This document shows positions 57,235-59,199 of a stretch of 59,199 nt of DNA, one piece after another. A program made the translations under genes and the position numbers. Where the stretch lies: positions 1-59,199 of the forward strand of contig AQSA01000011.1 of NCBI GenBank assembly GCA_000402815.1, given 5' to 3'. The notes beneath the pieces are model-generated. The model worked only from the letters and a program-made list of their open reading frames with translations. It was not told the origin of the DNA and ran no database searches. Source of the DNA: Candidatus Neomarinimicrobium atlanticum. GTDB taxonomy: Bacteria; Fidelibacterota; Marinisomatia; Marinisomatales; Marinisomataceae. Within the stretch, counting starts at the first letter, position 1, and every line of letters starts with the position of its first letter.

Positions 57235-58189
57235 TTAATATTGCGTCATATATTGTATTAAAATTTTTATTTGGATTAACTGAAAACTTTACTTTTTTTA
57301 ACGATGATGGATGTTCAAATTCTATAGATTGGGCATGCAAACAATGCCCTTGAACTAGTGAAAAATAATCATCTAATTTTGACTTAGTATCTTTCATAAA
57401 CTCTTTAGATTTTTTAATTCCACCGCCATATAACTCATCTCCAAAAATAGGAAATCCAAATTCTTTACAATGCACTCTAATTTGATGGGTTCTACCAGTT
57501 TTTGGAAAAAATCGAACTGCGGATAGATACTCTCCAGATTTAATTAATTCAAAGTGTGATAATGCTCTTTTTCCAATATCAGATGATTCAAATTGTATTG
57601 GATTTCTTTTATTACGACCTAAAGTATTTTCTATTATACCAGATTGCTCTTTCCACTGACTCCATGTAAGCGCTATATATTCTTTCTGTATTGTTCTATC
57701 TTTAAATTGATCAGAAATTTTCCAATGTGCATGCTCATTTAGAGCAATAATCATTATACCGGTTGTATCTTTATCTAGCCTGTGAACAATACCTGGTCTT
57801 GAAGGATCTATTGCATTTTTTAATTCTTTGTCAAATCGATGTAGAAGTATATTTACTAAAGTTTTATCATGATTTCCTTGAGCTGGATGTACTATAATTC
57901 CTCTAGGCTTATCAATTATAGCAAAGTCTTTATCCTGATATAATATATCTAATGGATAGTCCCATTTTTCTAAAGAAACCTTTTTTTTATCTACTTTGCT
58001 TGTAAGATCAATATCTATATTATCGCTATAGCTTAACCTAAAATTCTTTTTAACTTTTTCTTCATTTACTAAGATTAATCCATTAGAAATCATTTTTTGA
58101 ATATTAGTTCGTGAAAACTGAACTAATCTTTTGGATAAAAAACTATCGAGTCTTTTTAGTTCATCTGATGAAGAGACGGATATTTTCAT
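57221..58189 (-). CDS. rluD: RluA-family pseudouridine synthase with S4 domain
   Basis: RLD S4 domain, DKPRG, IVHRLDKDTTG, TGRTHQIRVH. Confidence 0.9.
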   Translation of the reverse strand: MKISVSSSDELKRLDSFLSKRLVQFSRTNIQKMISNGLILVNEEKVKKNFRLSYSDNIDIDLTSKVDKKKVSLEKWDYPLDILYQDKDFAIIDKPRGIIVHPAQGNHDKTLVNILLHRFDKELKNAIDPSRPGIVHRLDKDTTGIMIIALNEHAHWKISDQFKDRTIQKEYIALTWSQWKEQSGIIENTLGRNKRNPIQFESSDIGKRALSHFELIKSGEYLSAVRFFPKTGRTHQIRVHCKEFGFPIFGDELYGGGIKKSKEFMKDTKSKLDDYFSLVQGHCLHAQSIEFEHPSSLKKVKFSVNPNKNFNTIYDAILNDEI

Positions 58190-58196
58190 AATATAT

Positions 58197-58643
58197 TTAC
58201 TTCTTAATGATTATAGAGCTATACAACAAGAATAACAATCCTATTGTTACAGCTGAATCTGCAATATTGAAAACATACCAATGATTTCCATTAATATGAA
58301 AATCTATGAAATCAACTACATATCCACGAAATATTCTATCTAATATATTACCAATAGCTCCTCCAATAATAAGATATAAAGCTATCTGAGATGAATTATC
58401 TTCAAATTCCTTATTTTTGAGAAGTGAAATTAAATAAAAGGTGATTAGGATTGGAAATATGATAAAGAAAATTTTACCACCTGCGAAATTAATACCAAAT
58501 GCAATACCTTCATTTCTTATATATGTAAAATCAAGTAAAGAAGGGATAACTGGAAACGAATCATAAAGGCTCATACTAGAATGAACAATGAATTTTGAAA
58601 GTTGGTCTAAAACAACAATCAAAACTGAAAAATATTTCATCAT
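58197..58643 (-). CDS. lspA: Lipoprotein signal peptidase II
   Basis: DQLSK, NEGIAFG, GAIGNILDR, VVDF, FNIADS. Confidence 0.95.
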   Translation of the reverse strand: MMKYFSVLIVVLDQLSKFIVHSSMSLYDSFPVIPSLLDFTYIRNEGIAFGINFAGGKIFFIIFPILITFYLISLLKNKEFEDNSSQIALYLIIGGAIGNILDRIFRGYVVDFIDFHINGNHWYVFNIADSAVTIGLLFLLYSSIIIKK

Positions 58644-59017
58644 ATGAGATTTAATTTTTTCTTCTCTTTAAAAACAACACTTTTGGTGGCATTAGGAACT
58701 TCCATTAATCTTTCTTTTGATATCAATTCACCAGATATTTCGCATATACCATATGTACCGTCTTTAATTCTTTGAAGAGCTTTTTCTAAATTTACAAGAT
58801 AGTCAGACTCTCGCGACATTAATAAAAAACTTTTTTCTACTTCATGTGCTTCAGTACCTTCATTATGGTCCTCTGTATTATTTTCTAAAAAAACAGAACT
58901 CTTACTGGATGATGTAGATCGAACAGCGCTTATATTATCGGTAATTTCACTAATTTTACTAAGTATATTCTTTTCAAACTTTTTTAATTCTGCTTTAGTG
59001 TATTTTGTTTTAGCCAA
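58640..59017 (-). CDS. dksA: DksA/TraR-family protein with a single-Cys finger
   Basis: Coiled coil, then ALQRIKDGTYGICEISGELISKERLMEVPNAT; TTG start. Confidence 0.88.
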   Translation of the reverse strand: MAKTKYTKAELKKFEKNILSKISEITDNISAVRSTSSSKSSVFLENNTEDHNEGTEAHEVEKSFLLMSRESDYLVNLEKALQRIKDGTYGICEISGELISKERLMEVPNATKSVVFKEKKKLNLI

Positions 59018-59028
59018 TTTTATACCCC

Positions 59029-59199
59029 TTATAATTTTTTCTTTATCAATATGTCAAATTTTTCTGATTTATACTTAAAAAGAGAATTATAATCAGAATT
59101 ATCTAAACTTTCCACAATATCTACACATAAAATTTCATTCATGAAATATTCTTTGTGTGAAGTAACTGCATTTTTTATTTCGTCAGATAAGTTTCCAGA
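59029..59199 (-). CDS. ileS: 3' end of probable isoleucyl-tRNA synthetase (partial, cut by the window edge)
   Basis: Open frame SGNLSDEIKNAVTSHKEYFMNEILC...ILIKKKL*; ileS-dksA-lspA synteny is typical of FCB genomes. Confidence 0.7.
   Translation of the reverse strand, partial: SGNLSDEIKNAVTSHKEYFMNEILCVDIVESLDNSDYNSLFKYKSEKFDILIKKKL

Noticed and set aside
59028-59057. TTGACA-based internal promoter for dksA
   Set aside because: The -10 candidate (TATAAG/TTATAA) is imperfect and lies in AT-rich coding sequence

Overview
AT-rich (about 30% GC by eye, not computed), tightly packed core-genome segment of a streamlined Gram-negative bacterium. The ileS-dksA-lspA synteny, the CarboxypepD-type TonB receptor and the mitochondrial-type aconitase suggest the FCB group, most plausibly marine Marinimicrobia/SAR406 (inference). 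Left to right: 5'-truncated rlmB, M19 dipeptidase, initiator tRNA-Met, a partial acyclic-terpene (atu) cluster fused behind polA-alr, a His/Asp-loop TonB-dependent receptor with a DUF2946/CruR-like leader ORF, an OPT transporter, lapA/lapB, miaB, a reduced dcw cluster, TCA/proline genes, rpmF-fab genes, a PMI/prenyl-synthase/eukaryote-type PMM block, an LptF/G-family permease, an orphan phage-type 5-hmdU-DNA-kinase homologue facing a small HNH gene, and greA-pckA-xerC-rluD-lspA-dksA-ileS (partial). No CRISPR, rRNA or mobile element was seen. Strongest leads: (1) a metal-sensing leader peptide (His cluster, CxxC, non-canonical KSPP end) in front of a His/Asp-rich TonB receptor, divergent from an OPT/YSL transporter; (2) a stand-alone phage DNA-hypermodification enzyme homologue in a cellular operon; (3) a eukaryote/virus-type phosphomannomutase; (4) a perfect 15-bp inverted repeat that pairs the polA start codon and has TATAAT as its loop. 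Bases 1-95 are an exact inverted copy of 45695-45789, probably an amplification or assembly chimera. All family assignments come from motif recognition, not database searches.
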